NCBI GenBank assembly: GCA_051362555.1
Contig: CM120640.1
Location: 12,090,001-12,154,000, forward strand
Direction: 5' to 3'
Source: Lingula anatina
Taxonomy: Eukaryota > Animalia > Brachiopoda
DNA length: 64,000 nucleotides
Numbering within the stretch: the stretch's first letter is position 1; the number at the start of each line of letters is the position of its first letter. Positions 26,090-59,500 of this stretch are shown piece after piece. A model generated the notes under the pieces. That model searched no databases, had not been told where the DNA came from, and saw only the letters and a list, made by a program, of their open reading frames with translations. The translations under genes were made by a program, and so were the position numbers.

Positions 26090-26793
26090 CACTCACGCTC
26101 CTAGCGGTCCTTGTTTGTTGTTCACTTTGACCTCTTTTATCAAGGTCAAGGTCAGTTAACCATAAAGAAAAGAAGGTGTATTTATAAACTTTTGTTGTTT
26201 ATGCAGATAGTGAAGATATGGTTTTTTAAACTTTGATTGATAATCATAATTCATAGTTTGTATTTTTAAAATATTGCTTGTTAATGCTAAAAGAATCGCA
26301 ACCAGTTCTCCAATCTTTGTTGTGGGTTACGGGCACCTGTTTTAACAGAAACCCGTAAGGATAATAATCTTAAGAAATATATTTAAAAAATCAGTAGAAT
26401 GCAAGTTCTAAACTAGTAAGGTGCGCATAAAATATATGGATGTACATAACAAACTCTACCATTCTAAAAAAACGTATGGTTCTCACATTTTGTACATTTT
26501 ATTTCCAACCCCCACTCCATGCTACTTTCGAGCCCCCTGCCGTCTGATACAGAGCAAGTCGTGTTATGGGCGTCAATTGCAATCACGTTTCATTTAAAGG
26601 ATAAAGTTTAGTTGCAGCGGCTAAAATACACTATTATTGAGCTAACCCGGATGCCTTCATCCTGTACTCAGGCTGGGCAAGGTGGATCACTCGATGATAG
26701 AAGTTTGGAAGTTGAATTTTATAACTGGACGATTCGATATCTCTTAAAATTTGTGACTGTCGCCTAAAATAAAATCACTCTCATTCAAACACC
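26090..26793. promoter_or_regulatory. Divergent promoter region ALDH3(-)/Ras(+)
   Basis: 704 bp between the two ATGs. Contains TGACCT (26128) and TCAAGGTCAAGGTCA (26140-26154) just upstream of the ALDH ATG. Confidence 0.6.
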
Positions 26794-45900
<19,107 letters not shown>

Positions 45901-48900
45901 CAACTTCAGGACTTAATAAGTGACATTTCTAGATAGAAAACATTTGAACATTCAACTACTGAAGGACTTCGATTCCATATTTACATACAAATAAGAAAAG
46001 GCTTATGTATTCTAGAAGCAGGACACAGAGCAATGGAATTCCTTCCGAAAGATTTGCATGTTTGACATGAGTGCCCTGTCTGTGCAGATGAAGTAATGAA
46101 TTGCTGCTTGTGATAAAGAACATTTCACAGGATGTTTTGTAAAAAGTGATATTTCTTACTAAAGTATAGAATTGCTCTTGAGAGCAGCCATGAACCCGCC
46201 CCTAAGTAGTACTTTTCGCATTCTGCATAGCTGAAGTAAAATGAGATTGTGTAGGTGGATAGCTTGGGATTAGACCCACAGTTGCTCAAAAACTGACACA
46301 GTAGCAATGACATTTCACTAAAACAGCACATCGACAAACATGTCTCCCTTCTGGCAAATGAGAACCCTTTGGCTACACTGCATGATAATGTTTAATTTTT
46401 GTTAAGTTTCTTTTAGTAAGGAACAAGAAAACACCATCTTTCCAATTCATGCATCAGATACAACCACATTTTGTCAAAAAAAAAATATATATATATATAT
46501 ATAAAAAGTGGCCAATGAAAACCCTTGGTCAAATCTGCACCTTCAAATTATGACAGGTGCTATGTCTTGGTTAAGTTTTTGTTTTACTCATGCCTACATT
46601 TTAAATGTCAGTTATGCAACATAAGTGGTTCTATCATTATTTAAACATATGGCAACTGGATACAACCTGGAATAAAAGGCAACTTTTTGATGAAATACAA
46701 ACTTACCATGCAATCATAAACTTATCATACTTTGTGTCTAAATACATCATAAATCAGATATACAAAGGAAAAAATTTGACATGGGTTTTTCATTTGTTCA
46801 TATCATGACCTATCACCTTGCACCACTTTCATGATCTGCAGTTTTGTCATGTATGATATACATCAAACTGGTAACAGATAAGCCTTCACAGTTAATGCAT
46901 ACAATTCCAAACAGGTTTTGTGCAAAATATGTCAAGATTTGTTGTCAGTTGTTTGATGCAACAGATTGTCGAGCTTGAATAGTTGCTGCATCTAATGCAC
47001 TTCACAGTTTGCTTGATAAGGATGTGTCGTCTTTGCTTGTCCTGTCTCACCTTCACAACTAACACACTTTTTACTTTAAGTTCTGGGCTATAGACTGCTC
47101 TGCTTGTTAAAGAGTTTGTATTTGAGGGAATGAAATTATTCGAGGTTAAAAATCAAACAAGACTTGTATATCAAGATAAAATATGCTGTGCACAATGCCC
47201 TTCAATTCTAAAATGTATTTTTTTGCTGGCATCTTTCATTCCCGTTTCACTCTAGTAATTATAGTTGCATTTTAAAATATATCAGTTTGTTATGTCATAT
47301 GTATATATGAGAAAAAGTGCAAATTTTTTGTACATCTTGTAGGTGTTATTCAGTTCTAATTGTTTATAGATATTAGCAGCACTAATCGTGCTTTGCATCT
47401 TACACGTCTTTCAATTTTTTCGGAAATATTATATTCAGAAGAGCACATTAAGGTAAAGGTTAGGCATTTATAGACAAACACAGTATGATTTACTATGTAC
47501 ATTTAGGTCCAACAACAAGTACGTTTTATAATATTGCAATCAACATTGTAATAATAACCAATATGGTTAATTCATTTCAATTACAGTCATAACTAAATGA
47601 ATTAGTATAAACTTTTTCAAACGGTTTTTCAGTACTAATATAAATTAAGAAGTTGAAGCTATCTCATATTAACAACTTTTAACTGGGATATAATACCAGT
47701 GTTCTCTTTTACCAGGCACATAGCGTGTTGGTGTTTTGTTGTGATCATGAAAAATGCAAAATGCAGCTTTTCCCTCTTTTCTCATATTGCTTTTCTGTAG
47801 TATTGGTTTTTGATTTGTTGCTCCTTATTTTATAAATGAAAAACAATGTCTTGTACACTTTTTAAGAAATAGTCAGATCAAACACAATAGTTTTTTAGAT
47901 GCTTGACTACTAGATGGACAGTGACATTGGTAAAAATTTTTGTTTGAAGCGGCATTTAAGGTTTCACATCCAAGATAATTTAGTATGTCTTTACAAAAGG
48001 CACTTTCAATATTGTTGTAATTGGTTATCTTTAAATTTAAAGTGCGGTGTTGAAATATATACATTGACTTTTGTTGAAAAAATTTCATGTAAATATTTTG
48101 AAATATTTCAAAAATACTTTTTTTTAAATTTATTTATTTATTTATTATTATTATTTTTTTTTTTTTTTAAATGGGGGTTATACAGTAAACTATTAATTTA
48201 TACTATTTTGTCATATGAAAATAACTTATGGGCAATTAATATTTAACATGAGGTCATTTTAAATCAGCAATTTTTTAAATTGTATATTTTGTAGCGCCAT
48301 CTATATTTGGATTTGGAACCATAGACCGAAAATACAAGGCTTTAGTACCAGTAGTACACTGCATTCTGTCGGAGCTTTCATTATATTGGACGTAAGAGGT
48401 TAAAGGATTATTGAGTACCGTTTTTCACTTAACAAGAATTTCAAATGATTATCATGTGAGTTAAATGGTGTCTGAAACAATATGAACGTCATATAATAGT
48501 AGTCAGTAATGCCAGTCTTTGTGTGCTGCCCAAGGAAAGCTGGCCAGGAAGCATACTTCTTATGCAATTTCAATAAACTATGAAAATATTGATATTTAAC
48601 GAGTTATTATTATTGCATTCCTTACAGCAGAATTTTGGTTCTATTATAGGCAGGGTATCTGTTGTATGTTCGTCTCACGCTGTATAGATTTTCTAGTAAT
48701 ATGGGCTCAGTTCATTCCAGGATCCATCAAGCAATGGGTTGTTTTACTGGGTCTTGCGTTCGTTGCATCCAAGAGTAACTGGCAGTAGGCTAAGATCCCC
48801 CCGCCCCGCCCCCCCCCCCCCCCTCCCCGAATGCTGGCAAGGAATGTCATTCTGTTCATGACATCGTCACAAAAGTTTATATACTCCACAACTACTGTAG

Positions 48901-48917
48901 AGTAGGCATGCAATTAA

Positions 48918-49172
48918 AGGTAAAGTCTTCGACTTACTGGCGCGAGATCTCCATTTAAAATCTTTGATCTCGTTCTCTTTACTTTGGATCGGAAACTAGC
49001 TGTCATTAATACAAAACGCTATCCACTCTTTTTTATGTCCAAATGACTTATTTTAGACCATTTTTTTTAACAGAAAAAGTCCAAACGTATTTTCGTTTAG
49101 ATATAGTATATTCAAGTCATTGTGCTATCAACCAGTCATACAGCTCGCTCCATTGTAGGCAAAAGATTGCCT
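48918..49172. mobile_element. Possible Kolobok-type non-autonomous DNA transposon
   Basis: TTAA|AGGtaaagtcttcgacttac ... gtaggcaaaagattgCCT|TTAA; TIRs are short and degenerate. Confidence 0.4.
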
Positions 49173-50149
49173 TTAATTCCTTAAAAAATGTTATCTCAAG
49201 CTGTTGATCAATATACAATATAGCCGTTTTAGCTTTGTTAGGACGATTTGAAATTAGATCTCGTAAGCCATTCTAAAAGATGAAATGCAAACTATGCCAG
49301 CATAATCCCATCAGTGTTAGATTTTTTAGACTCAATGGATAATGTGACATTTAAAATGTAATGATAACTTCTAAAACACAATAATATTTGTTGCTCTATG
49401 CTCTTTATTGCTCGCTTTATGTAGTGTAGCTTTCCTCAGGTTACCCTTGGCATATTGGCGTTGGCGTTTTAATGTAGAGAGTGTGGAAAGCTTGTCCAGT
49501 GAAAGTGAGAGACATCGGATAGGCTTTGTTCTTGCCGCTTATGAAGTTCAACTTTTCAGTCCATTTTAAGAGCCCTACACACACAATTCGATTCCGTCAC
49601 AATGGATATGCTGCACTCATCTCACATTGTTCATGTTCTTGGCCCTATTGTCCTAGAGACAAGCCCTTTTGGTGTTTCTTGGGAGCCGCCGGCGAGGTTC
49701 CTAGTCCCTCTGTCACCTGGTACCGCCAGCTAATCTATTGGATGAGCAAACAGCACAATAAGCATTAAGAGTTGAACTACAAACACTGCGCGATGGATGA
49801 CGGCTACAGCACACAGGACACGCAAAAGCCACTTAACCACAGAGTACTTGCACAACAACTAGACTTGCGATATTTTCAATATTGATATTTGTATTAAAAT
49901 GCTGATGAATATGTCCTCAGTCAAAATGCCGGCACCTTACCTTGGATGGCTTAATTTGTTCAATTCTTTTATGTACAATATCAATTTTTTGCTTTTAAAT
50001 AAACCAACAATTATCGTAGCGGTATAAACTTACATATTTAGCTCGGTTTTCAATATTTTACTTTTGTATACAAACGATCTGTTATCCGCGAAAAATTTAA
50101 CAAAATAAGACCTTTTTAATGCAAAAAAAGTCTGCATATGTAAAAATTT

Positions 50150-50589
50150 TTGGCTAATGACACAGTGGTGAACGTTTCTAATCAGACGTCAGTGTATCCT
50201 ACGTGTATAGTTTTTCTCGACTGGAACCCAATCAGCACCTGAATCAGTAAAGTTTCCTGCTGCAATTAAGTCTATGAACCAATAATTGGGTAAACTTCAC
50301 ACGTTCGGCGAAACAAATGGAATACGCAACGAAATTTAAGAATGGCCGATAACGCTCTTCGCCATGAGATTGGCTGTTAGAGATTAGTGGGCGGGATCTA
50401 AGGTTAATCAATATTTGTCTCAAGTGTTTACACTAAATGCTCACACGATTTCTGTCCCGATCCCTAAGAATTTACGCACATCTCGCCTACGAAACAATGG
50501 CTGTAGTCAAATGTACAGTCCTGGCTGTAAAACTATGATTTTAACTCTTGGATATACTTACTAGGCGTTGTTGTCTTATCTGCAGCACT
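50150..50589 (+). promoter_or_regulatory. Candidate RFX promoter/5'UTR
   Basis: CpG-enriched. CCAAT/ATTGG boxes (~50229, ~50239, ~50285, ~50369), GC box GGGCGGG (~50389), forkhead-type TGTTTAC (~50425), upstream of ATG 50590. Confidence 0.5.
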
Positions 50590-53500
50590 ATGGAACACAT
50601 AGGAGTGATGCAGCCGGTGACGGGGTTCGGGAACGTGTATCAGCAGACGACAGTCGCGAGTGGAAACAACACTGGGTTCTCAACCACCCTCACTCCCTGG
50701 CATCAACCTGATGCCAACTACACCTCCCTAGAGACCATCTCTGAGGAACAGACTCCTGGGAAAAAACCAAGAACCAGTGATTTGACGGAGACAGTGTCGA
50801 ACTCCGAGGATGGATGGGGCGACATGAAAGGTAACGTCACGTGGTCAAATGATTATATCAACGCAAGAAGTGCATGACTTTGTCTTTATATTTTAATATT
50901 TTTCACCAGTTTTCTCCCCTGGTGTTGCAATATTTGAAAGTATTTTTTTTTATTGTGAAAAGTATGTATGGAAGGTATGTGGAGTTGGAAAAATTAATGT
51001 ACTTAGGTACATTTCAAAAGCATTTATAATTATTTTTTTGAATTTGCAAAGATGATGAATTTTAGTAATAGGCCTACCCCCTTTCTTAATTTTTATCATT
51101 TGGAGTGAAGTTACAGGGGCCTTTAAATAATCCTTTCAGGTTAAAGCTGCAAATACAGGTATTTTCAGGATTTGTGAATTTACAAAAATTTACTTTTTAG
51201 TTTTCTTAAGTTCTTTATACTATGATTTTTATTTTTCTGCAATTGGTATTATTAAATACGCGATGAAAACGTTTTATGTGGTCCCTGTTTCATAGCGATA
51301 AAGATATGAGTGTTAACTTTTTGTTTCCTTTTGCAAACTTTGAAAGAGATCGCATTTTAACGATAGTCGGCCCGTTGAAGCTATTTGATAATTTTCTATA
51401 ATTCTGTCTGGTAAATGCTTCAAAACAATTTCTTTTTATTATTTATCTTTTCAACAAAATAGTTATTCACGCGTCATTCCTGTCGCCACAATTTCTATGT
51501 CTGAAGTAAATGCGCCACAGACGGAGAAGTGTTTGACTTTTTGACGTGCTTGAGTGGCATTCTGGTGTACAATTCAAAATACGATTTGAACAAATAATAT
51601 TAATATTTGAACTTTTACAAGTACAAACAGCACTGTAATACTTCTTTCGTCTTGCATATATGTGTTAGAAGACAACATGGCAAAAATTAACGTATATAAC
51701 GGAAGTAATTATTTTCAGTTGCAATAATATCAATAATATCAATAATAATCAAAACCAAAAAAAGGGTGTGACAGTAGTTTCTTCTCGGTGTTTTCTATCA
51801 GTTTGCTTTTTTTCTTTCTTTCTTTCTTTTTTCAAAAATCATGTCTTGTTTTAAGATAATTGTATGTCACCCCGTTTGCTTAATAAAGGCTAATTATTTA
51901 CGATTGTCGGAACATATGAAAGCATCTGTTCTTTTTGCTATTATATATAACTTCATATTTTTGCATTCGTCTGAGACATAGTATCGTCCCTGCATTCATA
52001 TTCGTGTCACAGACCTATATATATCACATATTTCTGAAGGATTTTATCTCAGATGAACAAAGCTTGCTCCTACAAAACATGCTACTTGACATTTTTTCTA
52101 AATGCCCATTGTCTAATACATCAGTTTTATTCTTATCTTAACGCACTGTCCTTACAGAACATCCCCCAGTAACATCTATCTGACGTCGTGCTATCACACA
52201 ATACGATATAGTTTCAGAACCAGTAGATAGTTCCATAATAAGCGATTGCCAAAATAAACATGAAATGAGAGTGCGATAGTGTTTTGTGGTATGAAATGAT
52301 AAACTCTTACCGAAATCAAAACTTCAAAGTCTTATGAGACACAAGTTCACCCCTTCACGGCATGAAATTTCATGGCAATGCATACGACCACTGCTTGTCA
52401 ACATCATTTAACTCATTAAAGATAACATACATATGTATTATTTATTCTTCTCCTACATTTTTTACTTTATTTGTATTTTATCACCAGAGAGGCGGGGCAT
52501 GTTTTGGAAGGACCTGAGAACGCTATCCCACTCCATACTCTGAGAGCCATTACTACCAATTTTAAATAAGAATATACTCGGCAATCGTCAATTGAAAGCC
52601 CAATATTGTGAGATAAACGTGTTCAAATGATTGGAATATTGCTAATCGCAGTGAATATACAAATAATAACTTAACTCTAAGACACTGTGACTCAATCGCT
52701 ATGTGAAACAGTGTCTATTTAACTCCTACTGCATTGTTACTTCCTAACAATTCATTGTTAGACATCATTTTATGTCATTATCATTTTCATGTTGAGATAT
52801 ATCTAAAATCCTTGTATTTATTCTAAGAGATGTGTCGAAAACCCTTGCATTATTTCTCAGATTTCCTGATGTCTTACAAAATCCGTTTCGTTTTATTCTG
52901 TCCAAGTTAATAATGTCCTGTCTGGTCAACGAAACTATCTCCCAACGATGCCATCAGTTTCTCATCAAGATCGGGGCGTATCAGAACACGTGTAGGGCGC
53001 GTCTAGGGGAACGCAAAGAGGGTCCTCTTCACAGGATGTTTGTGCCAGGAGACACCGTTGTCAATATTCAGTAATTAATTCATATCCCTGGCACACGTAT
53101 AATGAATTTCGGCCACATTATGGATAAGATAAGCGGAATATTGCAAGATGTAATGAACTTACTGTGTACAGATCCATCTCATTAAATCTACAGAAGATTA
53201 GAAATTGACTTAGGTGGGTAGGTCAATTTTATCATCTCTGGAACGCTTGAATCATGACTGTTTGTCAAATGTAAGGTTAATCCTTAAATTTGTACTTTAT
53301 TTGCATTCCCGTTCGCATCATTTTTTCGATTACAAGACTAAAGGCATTGGCATTTTGCGATGAGCTCAAACAAATGTTGGCCACAACACGATAAGTCCTT
53401 TCCCAACAGTTTTTTTCTCTGTCGGGGTCTTGTTGAACCCAACCACGGAGGCTTAGCGGATGATCAGGTCTCAAGTCGGATTGCTTTAGTTATCTGTTTG

Positions 53501-56500
53501 TCAACAAAGGAGGTAATAAACAGACGATGGTTATTCTTGCAATTAAGACCAGTTACGCTTGGTAGCGGGGTAACGTGACGTGAGAGAGACATGCACACCC
53601 AAACCCAATATAGAGGTGCAAACGATGTCACAGGCATGTTCCTAAAAATATGTAGTGCACAGATTACAAACTATGTTTGATTATTTTAGGGTCCCATATA
53701 AAGAAGTTTGTATTAGAGTTTCACTTTCCTGGAACCACGAATAATAAAAAATAATTCATCATCTAACCCCAAAAAGGAACATACGTTACTGTCACAAATG
53801 CATAACGTCTAGCTGTGGAAACGTTTTAATCACTTTGAAAATTCAATCATCACGGGTTTTGTTCTTTAATTTATCTCCTACAAGTATAACGTTGTAAAAA
53901 ATTACGTAAAACTTTTGTATAGAGCAGTTAATTGTTTTTTTAGCGACTTAAGTTTGCCTGTCACTGAATATTAAAAAAACGGGGAAAATACACCCTACCG
54001 ACAGTAAAATAAGCATTTAATAAATTATTTTTCCCCTCGTGCTCCAAATATTATATCTGAAATGTCAAACTATCATGGAATCACTATATATTTTTCTGTC
54101 AGCAAAAGAAAACATTGTTTTCTCTTGCACCAAGTACTTGTACAAAATGAAACATTTTGTCAATTTTCCCAAGGAACATACGTTACCTAGTATTAGCTAT
54201 GACGCAGGCCCCATTAGTTACGGTTTAAATGTTTATAAAAAACGTCCTTACGTCATATTTAATTTAACATGGTCGAAACACTTTAAAATATATAAGAACA
54301 CGTTATGAAAATAAAAATTAGGTGGCCTGGAACATACGTTACCGGAACATACGTTACCAGTGAAAATCTACTTGTGCCCGAAACTGGCTCCGAAAGAAAA
54401 ATTAGCTTCTGTTTGAGATGTCAGGTGGTTCTTTCTGACGTCTGCTCGAGCTAAAGATTAGATGAGGTTAGTTACAAGTGTAAATAAATCCATAAAATCC
54501 TCAGTAACGATGTAAGCGAAGTGAATGATTTTGTCGTAATAAAAAATTTAATTCAGATACAGAAATGAATGTCAAAGACGGAAATAAATGTCAAACAAGA
54601 CTATGGAAGGAAAAAATAATCGCCAACGAGCGCAGTGAGCGCAGTGCCAAATATATTGATACCGAACGGAACATCATTATTTCAGAAAAATGCGAAAACA
54701 AGGGCTGAGATTTAAAAAAATATATAGATCTCGTAAAAAAATGAGGGTGACACTTGGAAGCGAAAGAAAACGGGTTCAGAATACTATGTAGGCCTACCTT
54801 CCGCCTCCTTATAAATGTCGTGAAAGACAAAAGAGGCATGCGAAGACTAAATCGCGAAAACGTAGACTTCACCAAAGGAAAGAGGAGCTCCTAGCTGCTA
54901 TAGAAGTTGCCGAGGCAAGTCCACAGCAATCACCACCTGAGAGACTTGTTGTGTGTGCGAGGTGGCCACAACGTGGAAACGATTGAGAAGAAACTGAAGG
55001 CAGTCACAATGAACAATTAAAAAACTACAATCACAGGTTAATTCCATAAGAAAGAGAGAGAATGCTATCCGGCAACGATTTAGCCATTGTAGAAGACGAC
55101 ATACGGAACCACCTGAATTTCCCACATGCCCCAAAATTAAGACAGAACGCATCATACAGCAGGCTATAGACCCAAACTAACACTGTGCAGAAGCAATTTC
55201 TTTTATGTCTCCTCCATCCTAGTGTACCATAAATTTTCATAGTCTTATTTATAACAAAAAGAAGGCAACAAAGAATATCGATTTGGTCAAACAAGGCCAA
55301 TTTTATCTTATAACCCCACTACCCTAATTACTTTAGCAATAATAACAATGTAGCAAATTGTTGCCTTTATCCTTGGATAAAAATAATATTATATATACAT
55401 ATGATATTCAATAAGACTCATCATCCTAAAAATATGATGACTTATAGAAAATGTTTTTTTAGCTACAGTTTAACGAGTTACACCAAGAAGTAAGATGAAC
55501 ATTTTGCATAATATAGTGGCTGAGAAGATTGCGAAGACGTACCGTTGTCTCAGATTTCTTTCCGCTGCTACTGGCATTTGCCGGAATCGTTGGTCGAGAA
55601 CTCGCGAAAAGGGGATGAACTAATCGAAAAGTCGACGGATGGGAGTTAAAAAAAAAGGCAAGCTGTATACATTTTTTTGAACGAGACGACTATAGTAGAG
55701 CCCAAGAGCGCCAGTAACCAAAAAAAAAAAAAAAAAAAAAAAAAATCATCCATCACGTTGGCACAGTAAAAACACTGTATGAACATCTAAGAAATCTCAA
55801 GGAAACTTTTACAAGAAATCATGCAGCCTACAATTTGTCTTAAATAGCGACTGATGAGGACCGTAGAGACCCTAGAACTCTAAAGTGATACCTGTTTCTT
55901 ATACTCACTCAATGGAAAGACTTAAAAACGTAATTTTGTGAGCCACTTACTTTTTATAGATGGAACAAACATTATATATATACATATTTTTTTAATTCCC
56001 AAAAGTGCCGAAATCCGCAAGACAATTTAGACCTTTCAGAGAGGATAGTAAAGCTCATTTTGAACGAATTCTCTGATGTATTTGAAAACCTATAGGTGTG
56101 TTGAAGAAGGCTTCCTTTAAAGAGGTGGTACATGTAGGTTAGATGTTTCTGGGATCTGTATTTCTTTACATGCAAATGATTAAGACGTTTGATACGCGGA
56201 TCGTGTTTGTGTAATAGGTTATCACTTTTGATGTCTGAGTTACTTTTAAACACCTCAATAAATTCTACGAAAAAAAAGCGAAAAATATCTTATCAATATT
56301 TATTAAACTCGTGTCCCGAATCTTTTCTATGGCTGTGGAACATACGTTACATTACGGTATGCGTAGGATGCGAGGCGTAGTTGGTATTGTAACTAATACA
56401 CCCAAAATTTGAAACTGTCAATGAGTTTTAAATTCACGACGAATATGACCAGTGGTAGATAACTTTTAGGTAACAAAGTTTTCAGTTCTCTATACAATTG

Positions 56501-59500
56501 ACAATTACTGCTATTGAAAGAGTCATCAACGTCGACATTGTAAAGAAAAATGATCTTTAGTTTGAAAGTAATTTTCCTAGATCTGGTCAATTTAAATGTA
56601 TTTTCCTATCACTTTTCCATTATTAATGACTCATAGAGTTCTGATAGTGTTTAGCTTGCACAAATTTCCACAGCGCTCAACTAATGATCGTGTTTGTATA
56701 TCAGGCGATTCAGTGGTAACGTATGTTCTTTCTTACGCTTTTTTCACTTCAAACGGCTATCAATTTATTTGCTTACAAAACAGAAACGCGTGGGCGTAAA
56801 ATTGGGACATTTGTGGATTTTTGTTCTATACACATGTAAGTTTTAAAAAATTGGATAATACATCGAATTCATTCAATTTCATATTTTGAGACTTGAACTT
56901 GTGAAATGCACCTCTATATTGGGTTTGGGTGTGCAGCGTTATTGGGCCAGTCTCCTGGGTAGCATTGCGTAGTGCAGCACCCAAATCCCTATGTCGTCTG
57001 GTTACCGACCTGTCCCCGCGGTTGTTCTAGTCCAATTGTTATTGATCGATGGGCACAGGGTTGACAAATAACGGCCAAAAGTAGTCATCTACACAGGGAA
57101 ATGCAATTAATATACTCTAATGGTGACTTTCAGAACTTTGGGTTGTACATGTAGTTTTTTTTTATAAGATCACTGCCTATTCTTAAATATATGAAAGAGG
57201 AAAAGACAAAATTGCTTTTTTTTGGGGGGGGGGGGGATGTCAACGTGCAAATCGCAGACGGACACTTTCATCTTATTGCTCAACGCTTAATGAACATAAT
57301 TTGTGCAGTAATGCTTTTAGACTAAAATGTTTCAGCTCGTTGTGATGACAAGTAAATCGTATAGATTTTGAAGACTTACGTCGTCGCATGGATAAAACAG
57401 GAATGATTTAATAGAATTGCATCAGTGTAACTTTGAAGATTCGCCTTTTTTTTATTGCATGAACAACAGAGCATTCACGTGGATTAATCAAGATGAAAAT
57501 AAGTTCAAGTCTGTTTGAACTGTCATTTTACTGAAATTATTTTGCGCTTAACTACAACTTGGCTTTACAATTAGAACACTGAAAATGTTACAGTAGGTAG
57601 TTATGTGGTCTTTCGCCCCAATGTTTGCTTAAACAAAAAAAAATTTTTTAAATTTATAATTGAAAATAGAACGGAATTAGTCATTATCTACAATGTCCGA
57701 AGAATAATTGTGTCTGTATGTGAAGCCTGCAATGTCATTGGCTTTTACAAGAGATATATTCCAGATAATCTACCATGCGCGGTGATTCCAAAAGTGATTT
57801 AAGTATACATAATGGCAACTCTGGCCTCTTTATTGCGCATCGCTGGAGACTTTTGGCAAGTTCTTGAATGTGCGGAATCAGTTTCACATTTTTACAGATC
57901 TGGACCTATCATGTTTTGCTTTACGCCAGGCTCGGTAAGCTTGGAAGTTTCAGAATCAGTATTACATCAAATCTAACCTGGGTTCGTGAGCTAGGTTTGC
58001 TGCAGACTCTTTGCACGCTAAGGAGATGCAAACTCAGCATTACATCTAAGGAAATCTAGGTTCTGTCATCCAGTTTTGCTGTGCAGCAGACTTAAGTCAG
58101 GCTAAGAAGATGCGGAATCGTGTCGCCCTATCTTATCAGGTGACAGCACTCAAAGTGTGCTATCGCGGTAGGTGGCAAGTGTCACGCAGACATCAACAGC
58201 TGTCAACGTGTTTGTTCGTTCATATGTCTTCAACTTAGCTCTCTGATTTAGCTTCACGAAGAAGTTTCATGGATGGAGAATGACAAAAAAAGAAAAACGA
58301 GAAGTAGGGAGAGAAAATATGATACCATTTATTAGATAATTTGGTTTTTTAAATTTTACAGCTGTCATACTATCTATTTGTTCATTCATTTCAGGACTGA
58401 GATATTTAAAAATTTTTTAAAAATGATTCATTTGGGGGGTTCTTTTGAAACAACATTTTATTGAACTTGTTAAAAATAAAATTAATGAAAATAAAACGAG
58501 AGATACGCAAGTAGCACATTGCATCGCACATTTTGAAATTCGAGGAAAAGGTCCGAATTTTTTTCCGGGGATTCATTGGTCTGCTATTTAATAGTACTTG
58601 CCATCAGACAAAAGGGATGGTGGTTAAAATGGTTGCTAGGAAAAAAGTTTTTCGTTTTTATCTTATTTTATTTTATTTTATTTTATTTTATTTTATTTTA
58701 TTTATTTTTTATTATAATATTTTTTTACAAACAGCTTATCCTAAAAGTAAAAACTAATATATTTTAATATTATTAAAATAATTTAAATGGCGATCCGGAC
58801 CACTTGAAAAGTACATATTGAACAATTTCTCATAATTAAACATATTTCCTTTTTTGATTATTTTTTATAATATTATTTTTTCTATAAATGTTGAAACATC
58901 TCTTGGTAATGAAAAAGATATTTATCTGTTCGTCTAGCCGCTGCTGTAAATGGAGCTGATGGTGATGCCGTGGCCGACGATGAGGAAGAAGAAGACGAAG
59001 AAGACGCCGATGATCAGAAACATAAAGAACTTAGTAGACAAGATCAACATCAACAAAAGCAGTCTCAGCTTGCTACGACGCTTAAGTGGTAAGTTAAATA
59101 GTGCAATTTGCACCTACTACCGTGACTTGACATTAATTCCTAATGATATTGTGATAGATATGATGAATTAGATGACATGATTGTATCAAATTAGATTATT
59201 GCTACATATGAGTCTTGTGATGGGAGTAGTATAAATAAATTATCGATTCATTTCTTGCATAACAAAATGCACTGTGTTTGAATGGAAATGAAAATCCGCC
59301 CACGGAGTTTAATTTTTGATTTTCTCATTTTAATCTCTGCAACTCATTAGGTAAAACACATGTGAATTAATATTTTCCGTAAAAACAAATTTAAATTCAA
59401 ATTCAAATTTCAAGTTAATTGTGTGTTATCAATTCATAATCCTTTGTAATGCAACTACACATTTAAAAATAATTTGAAGATCAATTTGTCCAGGAAACTC

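Noticed and set aside
48300-48403. piggyBac-like right end (...taagaggTTAA)
   Set aside because: No matching left TIR found.
54329-54360. RFX X-box formed by tandem 14-mers (GTTACCGGAAC), implying autoregulation
   Set aside because: The second half-site does not fit GTNRCC-N0-3-RGYAAC.
55851-55880. CTGATGAG hammerhead-like start
   Set aside because: No GAAA core or closing stems; lies in the transposase relic.
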